NCBI GenBank assembly: GCA_965217865.1
Contig: CBDCJO010000002.1
Location: 3,520,001 to 3,584,000 of the forward strand
DNA length: 64,000 nt
Source: Candidatus Latescibacterota bacterium
GTDB taxonomy: Bacteria; Latescibacterota; UBA2968; SICM01
Direction: 5' to 3'
In this document: positions 20,282 to 31,139 of the stretch, one piece after another
Layout: each line of letters opens with the position of its first letter
Position numbering within the stretch: position 1 is the stretch's first letter
Made by a program: the position numbers and the translations under genes
Notes under the pieces: model-generated
Databases searched by the model: none
The model's input: the letters and a program-made list of their open reading frames with translations, nothing else
Told to the model about the DNA's origin: nothing

Positions 20282-20580
20282 TGACCCGGGAAAAGTGAAC
20301 AGTGGTTTAAGCCGCTTTCTGCAGCGATAGGCGTTCAAAAAGGGCCGGGGACACATAGTCCAGGTAAGCGTGCAGCCGCTGATTGTTGTAAAACATTTCG
20401 ATGTACTCGAAGAGTTCGCGCTCTGCATGATCGAGGTCGATCAAGTCGGCGTGATACAGCCATTCGGTCTTCAAGGTTTTGAAGAATGACTCGGAGACGG
20501 CATTGTCCCAGCAATCGGCCTTCTTGCTCATGCTTTGAACAAACTGATGCGCGTCGACGGCCTTTCGGAAGCCATCGCTA
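20282..20580 (-). pseudogene. IS3-family transposase C-terminus plus right end
   Basis: QSMSKKADCWDNAVSESFFKTLKTE...YIEMFYNNQRLHAYLDYVSP. Confidence 0.9.
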
Positions 20581-21014
20581 CAGCCGATTGGCCGGAGGAC
20601 TTCGCGAATGGCACCGCTCGACAGATATCAATTGGCGGACGACAGGTTTCGGTTATATTTGAGAAGGTTGGTGACATCCCCTGATCTCAGGGCATCACTC
20701 TTGAGAAGTTCGGGCTAGTTACGCCCCACCCTCCGGGAGCAAATGGCGCAATTACTCCCAAGCGTCACGTCACCGGCTCCGGGTTCGCATTCGGAAGGCG
20801 ATGCGGAACGCGCTCACGATCGCAGACCCGTCGTCTCGCTCAATCGCCGCGACGGCTCCAAACGCTTGCGGCGACGGCCTTCCCGGCCAGTGTCGGTGTG
20901 TCGGGCGCAAATGCCCATCCGACTCCATTCGGAGTTATTTTAATCACACCCCCACGCAGCAAACTGCGGGTCTCGCCATGGAGAATAAGACTTCAAAAGA
21001 AGGAGACGGTAGCA

Positions 21015-21635
21015 ATGATCGACAGACGCGCCCTTACTGCATTGATGGTGGGATGGCTATTGCCGAGCGCCGTTCAGGCGGAGCCACGGCCCGGTGACCT
21101 CGCCGGCGTATATCCGTCGGCGGGGCCCGGCGACGACCGTACGTTCTACGCGATAGCGCGTGTGATCCCGGGAGCCAGTCCCTCGACGACGAGGTCCGGG
21201 GAATCGATTATTCAGGTCTTCGTCACCGGCAGGGACCGCTGTTCAACCCGCCTTGTCGAAGGGACCGCCAGTCACTACTTTGCGGTACCGCGGAAGGTGT
21301 CCACGCGTGTGCGACTCGACGCGCTCCACTCGGCACCGGGCCCCAATCACTTCATCCGCATTAACGGCCGGGAGTACGCGCTTTACCGGATTATGATCGG
21401 GGTACGGGAGGGCCGCCTGCGTCTTGAAGAGACAGTTCTGGTACGCACCGGCTTCTTACCAAAGATAATGCGCGGACGAATCGAGCTTCGGCTGGACTCG
21501 GTCTTGAAACCCGGCGACCTGGCGGACGAGATGATGGCCAAGGCGTTGGAAGAGATGACAAGGGCCGACACTATCGAGCGTGAAGGTTACGAGAAGGCGC
21601 TACAAAACTACCAAACGAGAAAAACGCGAGAGTGA
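21015..21635 (+). CDS. Hypothetical exported protein
   Basis: AAGGAG RBS; MIDRRALTALMVGWLLPSAVQA signal peptide (twin-Arg-like). Confidence 0.55.
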   Translation: MIDRRALTALMVGWLLPSAVQAEPRPGDLAGVYPSAGPGDDRTFYAIARVIPGASPSTTRSGESIIQVFVTGRDRCSTRLVEGTASHYFAVPRKVSTRVRLDALHSAPGPNHFIRINGREYALYRIMIGVREGRLRLEETVLVRTGFLPKIMRGRIELRLDSVLKPGDLADEMMAKALEEMTRADTIEREGYEKALQNYQTRKTRE

Positions 21636-21786
21636 ATGGGAATGGATTGGCTTCACGACCGGCGATTGGGGCGATATCGAGAGCTCGCGTTAAGTGGGTT
21701 AAGGCCAATTCCACATGTCTCCAACAGATTGTCGGATTCGTGCCGGATCCGACTCGCATCGATGACAGGCTTGTAACCAATACACA

Positions 21787-21828
21787 TGTATACCTTTGAG
21801 GTACCTGTGTATACTTTTGAGGTACCTG
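21787..21828. repeat. 21-bp tandem repeat x2
   Basis: tgtatacctttgaggtacctg / tgtatacttttgaggtacctg. Confidence 0.9.
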
Positions 21829-22061
21829 GAATCGTTGCCGATCAAGACTGATAAGATAGGTCCATTTATTCTTCAGTCCCTCGGTGTTTATGTACCGGTC
21901 TGAACGTATGCTTTATCGGAAAATTTCTGCCACCTATCATAATTCTCGGCTCCTTCAGGTTACGCCGTTGGGGAACACTGATGTCCACGATAATGCAAGC
22001 CACGGCAACGAGTCCGAGATTTGAGGACTGAAGCCATCGCTCACAAGAAGGCAATGAAACC

Positions 22062-23204
22062 TTGAATCACACCTTATGGATCGCCTCGCTGTTCTCGTTG
22101 ATCCTGGCAGCGACAGGCTGTGACAAACCCCAGGAGCCGGATGCACAGGGAACGGTCAACATCGGTTTTCTGGGTGCGGGCGACCGAGTGACCTATCCCA
22201 ATGCTGCGGCGGTCGCCGTAGATGAGATCAACGAACGCGGTGGGTTGCTCGACAGACCGGTTGATCTGGTCGTGAGAGCTGAAATAGAGGAAGCGGCTGT
22301 CTCTGTTCAGGCGGCCGAATCGATGATTCGCACAGACGAAGTCATCGCGATCATTGGTCCCAATCGCTCCACACACGCTATCGAAGTCGGGGTAGTGGCA
22401 CAACGGCATGGCTTGCCGATGATTACCACGGCTGCGACCAATCCGGATGTGACAAGGGCCGGTGACTTCGTCTTCATGGCGTCGTTCACCGATCTGTTTC
22501 AAGGGCGTGTCATGGCGCAGTTTGCCAGGGAGGAACTCGACCTGAGCAGGGTAGCGACCCTGACCCGGAGAGGCGATGTTTATACGGATGGGATTTCCCG
22601 GTTCTTTGGATCCGAGTTCAGCAGGCGTGGCGGGGCGATCGTCGCCAATGAGTTTTACGACGGAGATGCGGCTGACTTCACCGGTCAATTGACCCGCATT
22701 GCCGGGATGAAGCCGGAGGCGATTTTCATATCCGGTTTTGCCAAAGAAGTCGCCCTAGCGACCCGGCAGGCGAGGGCAATTCCGGTGCAGAGCCTCACGG
22801 GAAGGCCTGCGCTCTTCCTCGGAGCGGATTCATGGGACAATCCGGATCTGTTGAGCGACGAAAGGGCTGAAATAGAAGGCAGCTTTTTCAGCAGCCACTT
22901 TTCGCCGGATACGGACGACCCGAGTGCACGCGCATTCATCGACAAATACCAGGCTCTGTACGGGGTCGCCCCCAGCGGTGGAGATGCGGTGAGCTACGAT
23001 GCGGTCAAGCTGCTTTTCGAAGCGGTGGAGCGCGCCGGCAGCCTGGATCCCGATGCCGTACGGAAGCAGTTGGCGGCAACCCGGAACTATGTTGGCGCAA
23101 CGCGTATTGCCCGTTACGATGACAACCGCCATCCAACAAAAAGCGCGGTGATAATGACCATCGAGAACGGGGCAAAGCGATTCCATAAGCAGATAGCACC
23201 GTAA
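22062..23204 (+). CDS. LivJ/LivK-like ABC substrate-binding lipoprotein (orphan)
   Basis: Lipobox LAATGC; AVDEINERGGLL; FTDLFQGRVMAQFA; DFTGQLTRI; YDAVKLLFEA. Confidence 0.9.
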   Translation: MNHTLWIASLFSLILAATGCDKPQEPDAQGTVNIGFLGAGDRVTYPNAAAVAVDEINERGGLLDRPVDLVVRAEIEEAAVSVQAAESMIRTDEVIAIIGPNRSTHAIEVGVVAQRHGLPMITTAATNPDVTRAGDFVFMASFTDLFQGRVMAQFAREELDLSRVATLTRRGDVYTDGISRFFGSEFSRRGGAIVANEFYDGDAADFTGQLTRIAGMKPEAIFISGFAKEVALATRQARAIPVQSLTGRPALFLGADSWDNPDLLSDERAEIEGSFFSSHFSPDTDDPSARAFIDKYQALYGVAPSGGDAVSYDAVKLLFEAVERAGSLDPDAVRKQLAATRNYVGATRIARYDDNRHPTKSAVIMTIENGAKRFHKQIAP

Positions 23205-23394
23205 AGCCTGGGCAGAGCACGCGATTAGTTAGACCCTATACGAGCTTGATTTCTTTGGTTTTAGCCTCAATTCGCAATTATTTTTCCTTTCGAATGGCCT
23301 GCGAACTCTGCCTGGGCGGCTCCCATGCTGTCTGGACACAGGGTCTAGCAAGGACTTTCAGCAACTCGGATTCGTGATTAATTTCGAATTGAGG

Positions 23395-23481
23395 TTAGTA
23401 GAAAACACTTGAAATGCCCCAGTTTTCAGGACCGGACCCATCGGGTCCGGTTTCCAGTGAATACGTCTGGAGGACGCTTCC
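23395..23481. repeat. IS1380 left-end remnant joined to an inverted partial copy of the 450-bp element
   Basis: ttagtagaaaa...ttgaaatgccccagttttcagg matches 26166 and 51618; gaccggacccatcgggtccgg.ttcc.gtgaatac is the reverse complement of ~9420-9455. Confidence 0.8.
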
Positions 23482-23801
23482 TGCCACGACATTGAAAATG
23501 AGAACGAGGCAAAGTAACCAGTCCTTATGCGGGTGGCAAAGGAGTGCCATCAATTGTTCTCGCGTATGATGGTTGAAGCTGGGGCAACGAGTGATTGCGC
23601 AATATGCAGCACGACTATCATCCAGCCTTTCTCGTTCGCGGAGTCCGCGGTGCAACACTATGAAGTCTCCGAGGCAGATGCTGACGATGCACACGAGCGG
23701 ATCGAGACCGCCATCCGGTCCTCTGAATTAGAGATTGGCGGCTGGGGAGATGAGTCGCTGTGTGCATACCATAACGACCAAGCGGCGAAGAAGGATTAGG
23801 A

Positions 23802-24257
23802 TTGGAGTATGCTGAAAACGATAGGTGTCGCCTTTGCTCTTCCGGGCGTCTGTCTATCCAGATTGAATTTGGAGCGGCGACCAGTTCGAGCAGCCCATGT
23901 CTCAGGTGGCGGGGGAATCGGGTTGTTTGGTTCGGCTTTAGTGGATTCGATGGGGTCTGTCGTACTGGCCGCGGCGTGACGGGCTACGGGGTCGCGAGTG
24001 AGACATTGCTGGACGGCTTCACTGGGCTCGCACTTTCCACGGGTTCTGCATGCGAGTCTACAAAGACCGAGACTTCGCACGTATTGCGAGCAATGCGCCG
24101 CACTGCAGCCGAGATAGGTAGCACATTTCGGTTCGGATTGGGCCGTGGGACCAAAACACAAGATATCGACCGTGCAACTCACATTATCAAGAAATATTTC
24201 GAGGCCCGATCACTGGCATGTGGATGCCCCGACCCACCCGGCTGGCGTGAGCAATAG
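23802..24257 (+). CDS. Hypothetical Cys-containing protein
   Basis: 151-aa ORF following a small ORF (23527-23799); no recognised family. Confidence 0.35.
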   Translation: MEYAENDRCRLCSSGRLSIQIEFGAATSSSSPCLRWRGNRVVWFGFSGFDGVCRTGRGVTGYGVASETLLDGFTGLALSTGSACESTKTETSHVLRAMRRTAAEIGSTFRFGLGRGTKTQDIDRATHIIKKYFEARSLACGCPDPPGWREQ

Positions 24258-24734
24258 GCGCCACGGCCAGACTTCGACCCGATAACCGTCGGCCCAGGCG
24301 ATCCGGAACCGGATGTGGCAGGTCGATCCGGATAAGGGAGCTTTCAATAGGATTCGAGCGGATATTCGAGTTGGTCTTCATAGCCGACATGGATATCGGC
24401 TAAGCGTTGACCCGCTTGGGTAAAGCCCAGAAGTCCGGCGTATAAGGAAGGCGTGGAAACTCCCGCGCGGTATTCCGGGTGGTGGAGCAGACTGTAGGTA
24501 TAATGGAAAAATGGCCCACTTGTCAATCGTATCGTCTCGGTAATGCGAGCGGAATTGATCCAGCACCCACAGTTGGGCTGCTCAAGAAACCTATGAAATT
24601 CCCAACCCGTCTTGGCAAGAACGGTCATAGAGCACTTCACACAGAGAAACAACAGAGGGTAATGAGGTCTGCCTCGCCCGAGGCGCTTTCGTCCGCAACC
24701 GTACAACCCCGACAATATCCCCGAGCATCTGTTG

Positions 24735-24925
24735 CCCCGTTTCGATGAACTGCGTCGCATGGACCTGCAGGTGAGCCGTGCCTGGGCGATCAAGGAGACG
24801 CTGCGCCAGCTGTGGAATTACCGACGTCAAGGATGGGCTCGTCGTTTCTTCCAACGCTGGTATTTCTGGGCGACCCACAGTCGTCTACCGCCCGTCATCG
24901 AGGTAGCGCGGACGCTGAAGCGAGA
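24735..24925 (+). pseudogene. ISL3-family transposase fragment
   Basis: RAWAIKETLRQLWNY...ARRFFQRWYFWATHSRLPPVIEVARTLKR. Confidence 0.85.
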
Positions 24926-24982
24926 TATTGTCAAATGTTGTGGATGAGGGCGAGCGCCGCTGAGTAGGTTGTAAATCTTCAA

Positions 24983-26122
24983 TCAATTGATCTTCGGGTC
25001 AACCGGATAGTCGTGGAGGATCACGCCGCCCCCTTCCGTTACCCGGTAGACGTCCTCAAAGCGCACACCGCCAATCTCTGGAATCGCCAGTATCGTGTGA
25101 CCGATCGTCATTGTCATATCTGCCCGTATCTGCGTTTTTCGATGAGCCGGAATAATCGTCGACGCCGGATTTTCTTCGAAACGCAGGCCGATACCGTGAG
25201 AAACCCCGTTGATGTGATATTGCTCCAGGTCATGCCGAACACATACTTCTGCGCCTACAGCGTCCAGATCGGAGACCGTCACTCCCGGCTTCAGTATCTT
25301 CCACGTCGCTTCGCGAATCTCGTTGTAGGTATCGAGCAGCAGTTGTTCCTGCTCACCCGCATCACCCATGACAAATGTGCGAGCCAGATTTGCGCAGTAG
25401 CCTTCGAACAGCGGGGTCAAGTCTACGACGACGAGGTCCCCCGCCTCAATCGGTGTCCGGTCAACTTTCCCGTGAATCCAGGAGCTGCGAAGCCCCGAGT
25501 TTATATAGATCGGCGTGCTCGTTCCGTCAGCCCCCGCTTTCATCATGGTGTAGAGCGCTTCGGTTGCGATTTCATGACCGGTAGCCCCTGGTTTCAAGAG
25601 TTCCCGAACACGATCCATCCCGATTGCGGCAATGGCCTGCGCACGCTTCATCAGTTCGATCTCGTCCGGCTCTTTGACCATGCGTAGTTCGTCCATCACG
25701 GGATCAGAGGAAACCAGATCGACCTGAGGGTTGACCTTTCTAAACAGGTCGACAAGAAACGCGGGCGTGTGAAACCACAGTTGCATTCCAACCCGTGGCC
25801 TGCCGCTCGCCGGCAACTTAATTCCAGGCGGTGGGCCGCCATAGAGTTCACGAAACGTTTCTCTGACGTTAGAAATCTGCTCGCCCACATGACTAAATAC
25901 TTTGAACGATTCATCACCGAGTTCACGGCGTAAATCGGCTTCCTCGCCCGCAAATCCAACAAAGACCGGTGAACCGCTAGCCGGTATTATGGCGCGGGGC
26001 TGAGAGCGGACTTCGCTGAAGAAGTATCTGTAGTCATCGGGATTCATGATCATGATGCCAATCATTTTGTGTTGGGCCATCAGTTCTTGGGCCCGACGAA
26101 TTCGATCATGCCTCAATTGCAC
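24983..26122 (-). CDS. Xaa-Pro aminopeptidase, M24 family
   Basis: LRMVKEPDEIELM; VVVDL...GYCANLARTF; SHGIGL..EE.P; GGVRFEDVY. Confidence 0.9.
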   Translation of the reverse strand: MQLRHDRIRRAQELMAQHKMIGIMIMNPDDYRYFFSEVRSQPRAIIPASGSPVFVGFAGEEADLRRELGDESFKVFSHVGEQISNVRETFRELYGGPPPGIKLPASGRPRVGMQLWFHTPAFLVDLFRKVNPQVDLVSSDPVMDELRMVKEPDEIELMKRAQAIAAIGMDRVRELLKPGATGHEIATEALYTMMKAGADGTSTPIYINSGLRSSWIHGKVDRTPIEAGDLVVVDLTPLFEGYCANLARTFVMGDAGEQEQLLLDTYNEIREATWKILKPGVTVSDLDAVGAEVCVRHDLEQYHINGVSHGIGLRFEENPASTIIPAHRKTQIRADMTMTIGHTILAIPEIGGVRFEDVYRVTEGGGVILHDYPVDPKIN

Positions 26123-26134
26123 GCTAGCCCCCTA

Positions 26135-26632
26135 ATCCCTATACAAGCGTGAATTTTTCTTGGTTTTAGTAGAAAAAAGTTGAAATGCCCCAGTTTTCAG
26201 GCCTATAGTTGTAGTGTGAAAGACAAAAAGAGGCCATCAAAAAGGGGCATTTCAGATGAGAGAATATAGGAAGATTCTTCGGAATAGGGAAGCACGAATT
26301 GTCCGTCGTTTGCGTCGGAAGCAGTGGTGCAGTCAGGTCAAGCCTATGATGTCTGGGGGAAACATCCACTACGAGATGAGTGGGAAGGCCGAGGCGATCA
26401 CGTGTGGGGGGACCGGCGCGTTTCACCACCTGGTCCGCAGGGTTGGGCTGGTGAAAGAGATTGACCGTCATCTTCATCTTTTGAAAGTGCATTTGCCCTA
26501 TCACGAATCAGACCACGTTCTGAACATCGCCTGCAATGCGCTGGTTGGTGGTCAACGCCTTGAAGACATTGAGCTGCGCCGGCAGGATGCCACGTTCCTG
26601 AACGCTTTGGGCGCTCAGCGTCTCCCGGATCC
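26135..26632 (+). mobile_element. Truncated IS1380-family copy (left end + transposase N-terminus)
   Basis: Nearly identical to 51588-52085. Confidence 0.92.
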
Positions 26633-26644
26633 CTTGCCAACAAT

Positions 26645-26880
26645 CACGCCGAAGAGCGGGAGGAGATCAGACGCCTACGCCGCGAGAATAGGCAGTTGCG
26701 ACAGGAGCGGGAGATCCTTGCAAAAGCCGCGGCCTGGTTCGCTCGGGAGAAAAACTCGGTGTCAGGGGAATTTACGAGTTCGTGAAAGCCAATCAGGCCT
26801 TCTATAAAGTAGCCCCGGATGTGCCGGGTCCTGGAAGTCTCCACCAGTGGGTACTACGCGTGGCTCAAGCGGCCCGTGTA
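26645..26880 (+). pseudogene. IS3-family fragment spanning the OrfA/OrfB junction
   Basis: EEREEIRRLRRENRQLRQEREILAKAAAWFARE, then YEFVKANQA and VLEVSTSGYYAWLKR. Confidence 0.85.
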
Positions 26881-26909
26881 CGGGGAACTCCTCACCTTCG
26901 AGAGATTGA

Positions 26910-27752
26910 CTATTTGTGACAAGCGAGGCAGACCTTCGCCTTGCCGTAGAGGTCGTCAATATCGATCGGCTCCATATCAGGTCGAAGAGGGTTAGGCTGG
27001 TGCTTGGCTCGCATTCTCTCCAAACGGCGTTGGTGGTCCTCTCTGATCTGTGCCATCCTGTCAGGCTTGGAAAGGTCGTCGAGCGATTCCCCCTGACTCC
27101 AGGTGAAAGGAGAGCCGCCATCAACAGCGAGCTTCTCGTAAGCCTTGGCCTCCTCGAAGGCGTCTGGATGCTGCTCCATCAGTCGCACCCACTCGATTTT
27201 CTGCTGGAAAAAGCAAAAGGTGCATCCGCTACGAGTACGCCACTCGTAGTACCTCGGCAGACCCAGTCCGGAGCCTTCGAGGAGCTCCAAGACACCCGCT
27301 TTGTCGATACCGGCGTCCTTGAACGGGAGCTGTACTACCAGATTGTCCCGTTTGGAGGCATAGCCTTCGCGGTATTCTTCGTCAGCCCGGATTGCGACGT
27401 AGCTGTAGACGGTTGAGCCGCTATCGAGAATTGGCCTGACCCACTCCTCGAACGGCCTGAGCTTCAGCTGCCGCGTACACCAGCGTGCCTGCGGCGACGG
27501 CAGAAAATTGTTGTACTGCTTCAGCCAAAAATCAAAGTCGCGGTCAGGATTTAGCCTCACTATGGGCTTACCCAAAAACCCTTCGAGCTTGACCAAAAAC
27601 TCGTAGACCTCCGGCAGTTCCTTGCCGGTATCTGTAAAGAAGTAGTCAACTTCAAGCTCAGGATAGTTCTGCCGCATGTAAACAGCTAACGCCGCGCTAT
27701 CACGACCACCCGACAGGCCTAATACGTGCACTGTTCTAATAGTCTGATTCAC
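26910..27752 (-). CDS. PAPS-reductase-family protein (SspD/BrxP-like), copy 1
   Basis: HVLGLSGGRDS, FFTDTGKE, RWCTRQLK, RSGCTFCFFQ, C-terminal CLACHK. Confidence 0.9.
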   Translation of the reverse strand: MNQTIRTVHVLGLSGGRDSAALAVYMRQNYPELEVDYFFTDTGKELPEVYEFLVKLEGFLGKPIVRLNPDRDFDFWLKQYNNFLPSPQARWCTRQLKLRPFEEWVRPILDSGSTVYSYVAIRADEEYREGYASKRDNLVVQLPFKDAGIDKAGVLELLEGSGLGLPRYYEWRTRSGCTFCFFQQKIEWVRLMEQHPDAFEEAKAYEKLAVDGGSPFTWSQGESLDDLSKPDRMAQIREDHQRRLERMRAKHQPNPLRPDMEPIDIDDLYGKAKVCLACHK

Positions 27753-27763
27753 GTGTCCGCCCG

Positions 27764-29311
27764 TTACCTTCTCGAAATCGGCTTCGTTTTCGTTGTGGCG
27801 CCAGAATCCAGATGCCGAGCACTCAACTCGGCTAGGGCGGCGAGGATAATTTCTCGTCGCTCTTGACCGTTATCTCGGAGTGTCGCGTCTAAGCGTTCAA
27901 TAAGTGCTCCCACTACAGGCTGATCCAAGTCAGTGATCTCAAATTCGTCGTGGACTAGCCTCGGCTGCTCGCCCATTCCAACAACCACTGCCATGGCATG
28001 CCTCTTGTCTGGTCGGCCCTTAACGCGAGCGAACGCTTCGGCGCGTAAGAACTGCTGAGCCAACTCGGCGAGCTCGACCGATGCACGGTCGAGGTCTAGA
28101 TCGACCCAATCCCGTGGAGGTTTATTGACCGCCAAACTTGCCAAACCTTCTATGTCTTCGTCCCGTCCTTCGAACTGCGCGAGATGAATGATGAAAGCCT
28201 CCAGGCGATGATCACCGCCAAGTTCGCGGATATTGGTTGAACGGGCGCGCAGCTCGGCTAGCATAGATGCGGAGGCGTTAGGCACTTGAAGTTCCGCAAG
28301 TAGCGTCTCCCGCATACGGTTGAGCATCGTAGGATATGCTTGGCGCAACTCAGTCAAGCCCTCGCGAACTTGGCTTGTAATGTGGCTTGTGTCTACTTCC
28401 TCAAGAGTGCCTGGACAGTTTTTTTGCACCTTGGGTATATCGTCAAAGATCAACCTATTGGGGTCGTTGGCCTGCTTGAACAGATGTCGAATGCGCTTGG
28501 CATTACTCGAAAGTTGCTGTGTCCGACTAACCCACGGCGGCAGGCGGTCGTAGATGGCCACCAGACCTTTGGCTACATCTATCGGCTCCAGGTTAGCGAG
28601 CGTATTCGCTTCGTCCAGCTCGCGCACGATATCGGCCATATCGGACAAGAGCCGGCGTGACATGTCGGAGAGATCCATCCAGCGTAACTGAACGTCCGCT
28701 GGGTCCTTTGCGAGATAGTCAATGTCCAAGTCGGATACGCGCGCTTGAAAAATGCCCAGACGGTATAAGGCCAGGGTCGTGCGCTGCGATAGGAAGAACG
28801 CTACGGCGAGCACCGGCAGAAGGCCGTCTTTTATCCCAAACGGGGTCCGACGCCAGATATCGTAAACCTCGGCAATCGCAACTGCACGGTGTGTGTTGGC
28901 CTTGAGTAAGTTCTTAGCTGCCTTCCATGTAGGTGCTAAATTGTTGGGATCACTGGCCTTGACGACAGGGTCAACAAACCGCCAACCGCTCGCAGTCTCT
29001 GAATAGAGCCCAGTTGCCTCTAGCAACGAAACAAAGAGCCCACCTTCTGCGGGAAACCCTTTGATTCCTAAGCGCGCCTTGCCTTCGTTGAGCACCATAC
29101 GCCGAAGAAGGACTTTTTGGGCAGCAACTGCGCTACTAGATGGCTTCGCACGACCCAATAGCTCATTGTGGAGTAGCGGCGCGCTTCCAAACCGAGCATC
29201 GGCAAGATCGGAGGCTAGGCTGTTGAGTTTTCCGTGTTGAAGGGACTTCGCACTAAGGTGTTTTCGGTACCAGAAAGCGCCGTTAAACGCTCGACCGAAC
29301 TCACCCTCTAG
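27764..29311 (-). pseudogene. C-terminal half of an SspC/BrxC-like ATP-binding protein (N-terminal ATPase deleted)
   Basis: Long frame ending 11 bp before the PAPS gene; PFGIKDGLLPVL; no Walker A; begins at the junction with truncated DUF4007. Confidence 0.75.
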
Positions 29312-29829
29312 GTAAGCACGAAGCACGCCACGTCGTTCTTGATCGTGGCAGTGGACGCGCGCGGCCATTCACGATCCTTCGCGAGTTTCTCCAGGCTCTT
29401 AACGAGCATGTCGCGCTCAAAAGAGGGTGCAGGGAAATAGCTAAATGCCCAAAACCATGTGGTCTTGCTTGGGTTGCCGCTTAGCTGCCAGTGAATTAGC
29501 CATGCGGTGGCCGGGTTTTCCATGTACGGGTCGAGGCCATCTGCAGCAAACAAACGCTGACCAAGTGATGTGGTTAGTGTCTGCCCCGATGCGTCCTTGA
29601 TGATACCCGCCACAGTTGCCCAATGCCGGATAGAGGCCACCATGTTCTTGCCGACCCCGAACCGCGCGATGGCATCGTCTGCCAAGAACACCGATCTACT
29701 GTTTCCGTCGCCCTCGGTTTCTCGGACGGCATCGAAGGCTTTCTTTAGCCACCCGTATCGGAGCGGAAACGTCTCATGCCCCGATAGCTGTGGTTGGTAG
29801 TTCTCTGTATAGAGGGGACCTCGAAGCAT
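29308..29829 (-). pseudogene. DUF4007-family protein (SspB-like), C-terminally truncated
   Basis: SGHETFPLRYGWLKK...FGVGKNMVASIRHW...DPYME..ATAWLIHWQL...TIKNDVACF, then a stop at the junction. Confidence 0.85.
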
Positions 29830-29930
29830 TTTTCTCGCTGCCTGGATAAAACGTCCAGGTTGACAATACGAACAATTTTCCGTATTGTCAATGGAAAACT
29901 GGTGGCAGGCTCCAGGCAACCGAGCTCTAC

Positions 29931-31130
29931 ATGGACAATCTAGAGACCATCTACGCGGACTATCAGGCGACTACGCCGGTTGATCCACGTGTCTTGACAA
30001 AGATGGCCCCCTGTTGGGGCAGCTCATTCGGCAACCCTCACTCAAGCGACCACGTAATCGGCTGGCGAGCAGACAAAGCTGTTCAGGAATCGGCCGCATC
30101 CGTAGCGGCGTTGATAGGAGCCGACGCCGATGAAGTGATCTTCACGTCCGGCGCCACCGAAGCTAACAATCTTGCCTTGCTCGGTCTTGCGCGGGGGGCG
30201 GGGGGCGGCCGTCGGCGGGTTCTAGTCAGCGCAATAGAACACAAGTGCGTCTTAGGTGCCGCACGGGCTCTGTCCGCAGTTGAAGGATTCACTGTCGAGA
30301 CCATTTCAGTGGACGGGGAGGGATTTATCGACTTCGATGAGTTGGAACAACGCTTAGACGGAGATATTCTCCTTCTTTCCGTAATGGCAGTGAACAACGA
30401 AGTTGGGACGATTCAGGACATTCCGAGGATCGCCAAACTGCTCGCACCCCACGGTGTATTGTTTCATTGTGATGCTGCGCAAGCACCCTGCGCCATGGAC
30501 GTGAGTGAGTTTGCCACGCATACCGATCTGATGAGTCTTTCGGGGCACAAGATGTACGGCCCACAAGGGATCGGGGCATTGTACATTCGCCGTGATCTCA
30601 AAGTGTTGATGGAGCCATTGTTCTACGGTGGTGGGCAGCAGGAAGGCTTGCGTTCTGGGACCGTTCCGATGCCACTCTGCGTCGGAATGGCTGAAGCATC
30701 CGAGATCATTGCCGACGACGACGCGGAAAAGGAGCGCACAAGGATCGGTCGGCAGCGCGATTCATTCATTAGCCTGCTCCAAGGCGGGAATTCATCGGCC
30801 ACAGTAAATGGACCGATTGGCGAGCGGCGTCATCCGGGCAACGCCAACATTTGCTTTGACGGCTTCGATGCGCGAGACATACTTGGCGTCCTTCAGCCTC
30901 GGCTCGCCGCATCCGCCGGTGCTGCATGCGCTTCTGGCATTCCCAAGCCGTCGCACGTACTACGTGCACTTGGTCTGACTACAGTGCAGAGCGATGCTTC
31001 CATCCGCTTCAGCTTTGGCCGGTTCACGTCCTTCGAAGATATCGAAGATGCTGCACACTTAGTTGAAGGCGCTCTTGCCACGCTTTCTTCCACTCGGGGC
31101 TTGTGTCCTTGTCCCGCACCGCCTGCATGA
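29931..31130 (+). CDS. Cysteine desulfurase (IscS/SspA/DndA-like)
   Basis: YADYQATTP, GNPHS, FTSGATEANN, HCDAAQ, SGHKMYGPQGIG (PLP Lys), AGAACAS (catalytic Cys). Confidence 0.95.
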   Translation: MDNLETIYADYQATTPVDPRVLTKMAPCWGSSFGNPHSSDHVIGWRADKAVQESAASVAALIGADADEVIFTSGATEANNLALLGLARGAGGGRRRVLVSAIEHKCVLGAARALSAVEGFTVETISVDGEGFIDFDELEQRLDGDILLLSVMAVNNEVGTIQDIPRIAKLLAPHGVLFHCDAAQAPCAMDVSEFATHTDLMSLSGHKMYGPQGIGALYIRRDLKVLMEPLFYGGGQQEGLRSGTVPMPLCVGMAEASEIIADDDAEKERTRIGRQRDSFISLLQGGNSSATVNGPIGERRHPGNANICFDGFDARDILGVLQPRLAASAGAACASGIPKPSHVLRALGLTTVQSDASIRFSFGRFTSFEDIEDAAHLVEGALATLSSTRGLCPCPAPPA

Positions 31131-31139
31131 TGCGGCGGC

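Noticed and set aside
20660-20760. Hairpins upstream of 21015 as a possible riboswitch
   Set aside because: No recognisable aptamer consensus
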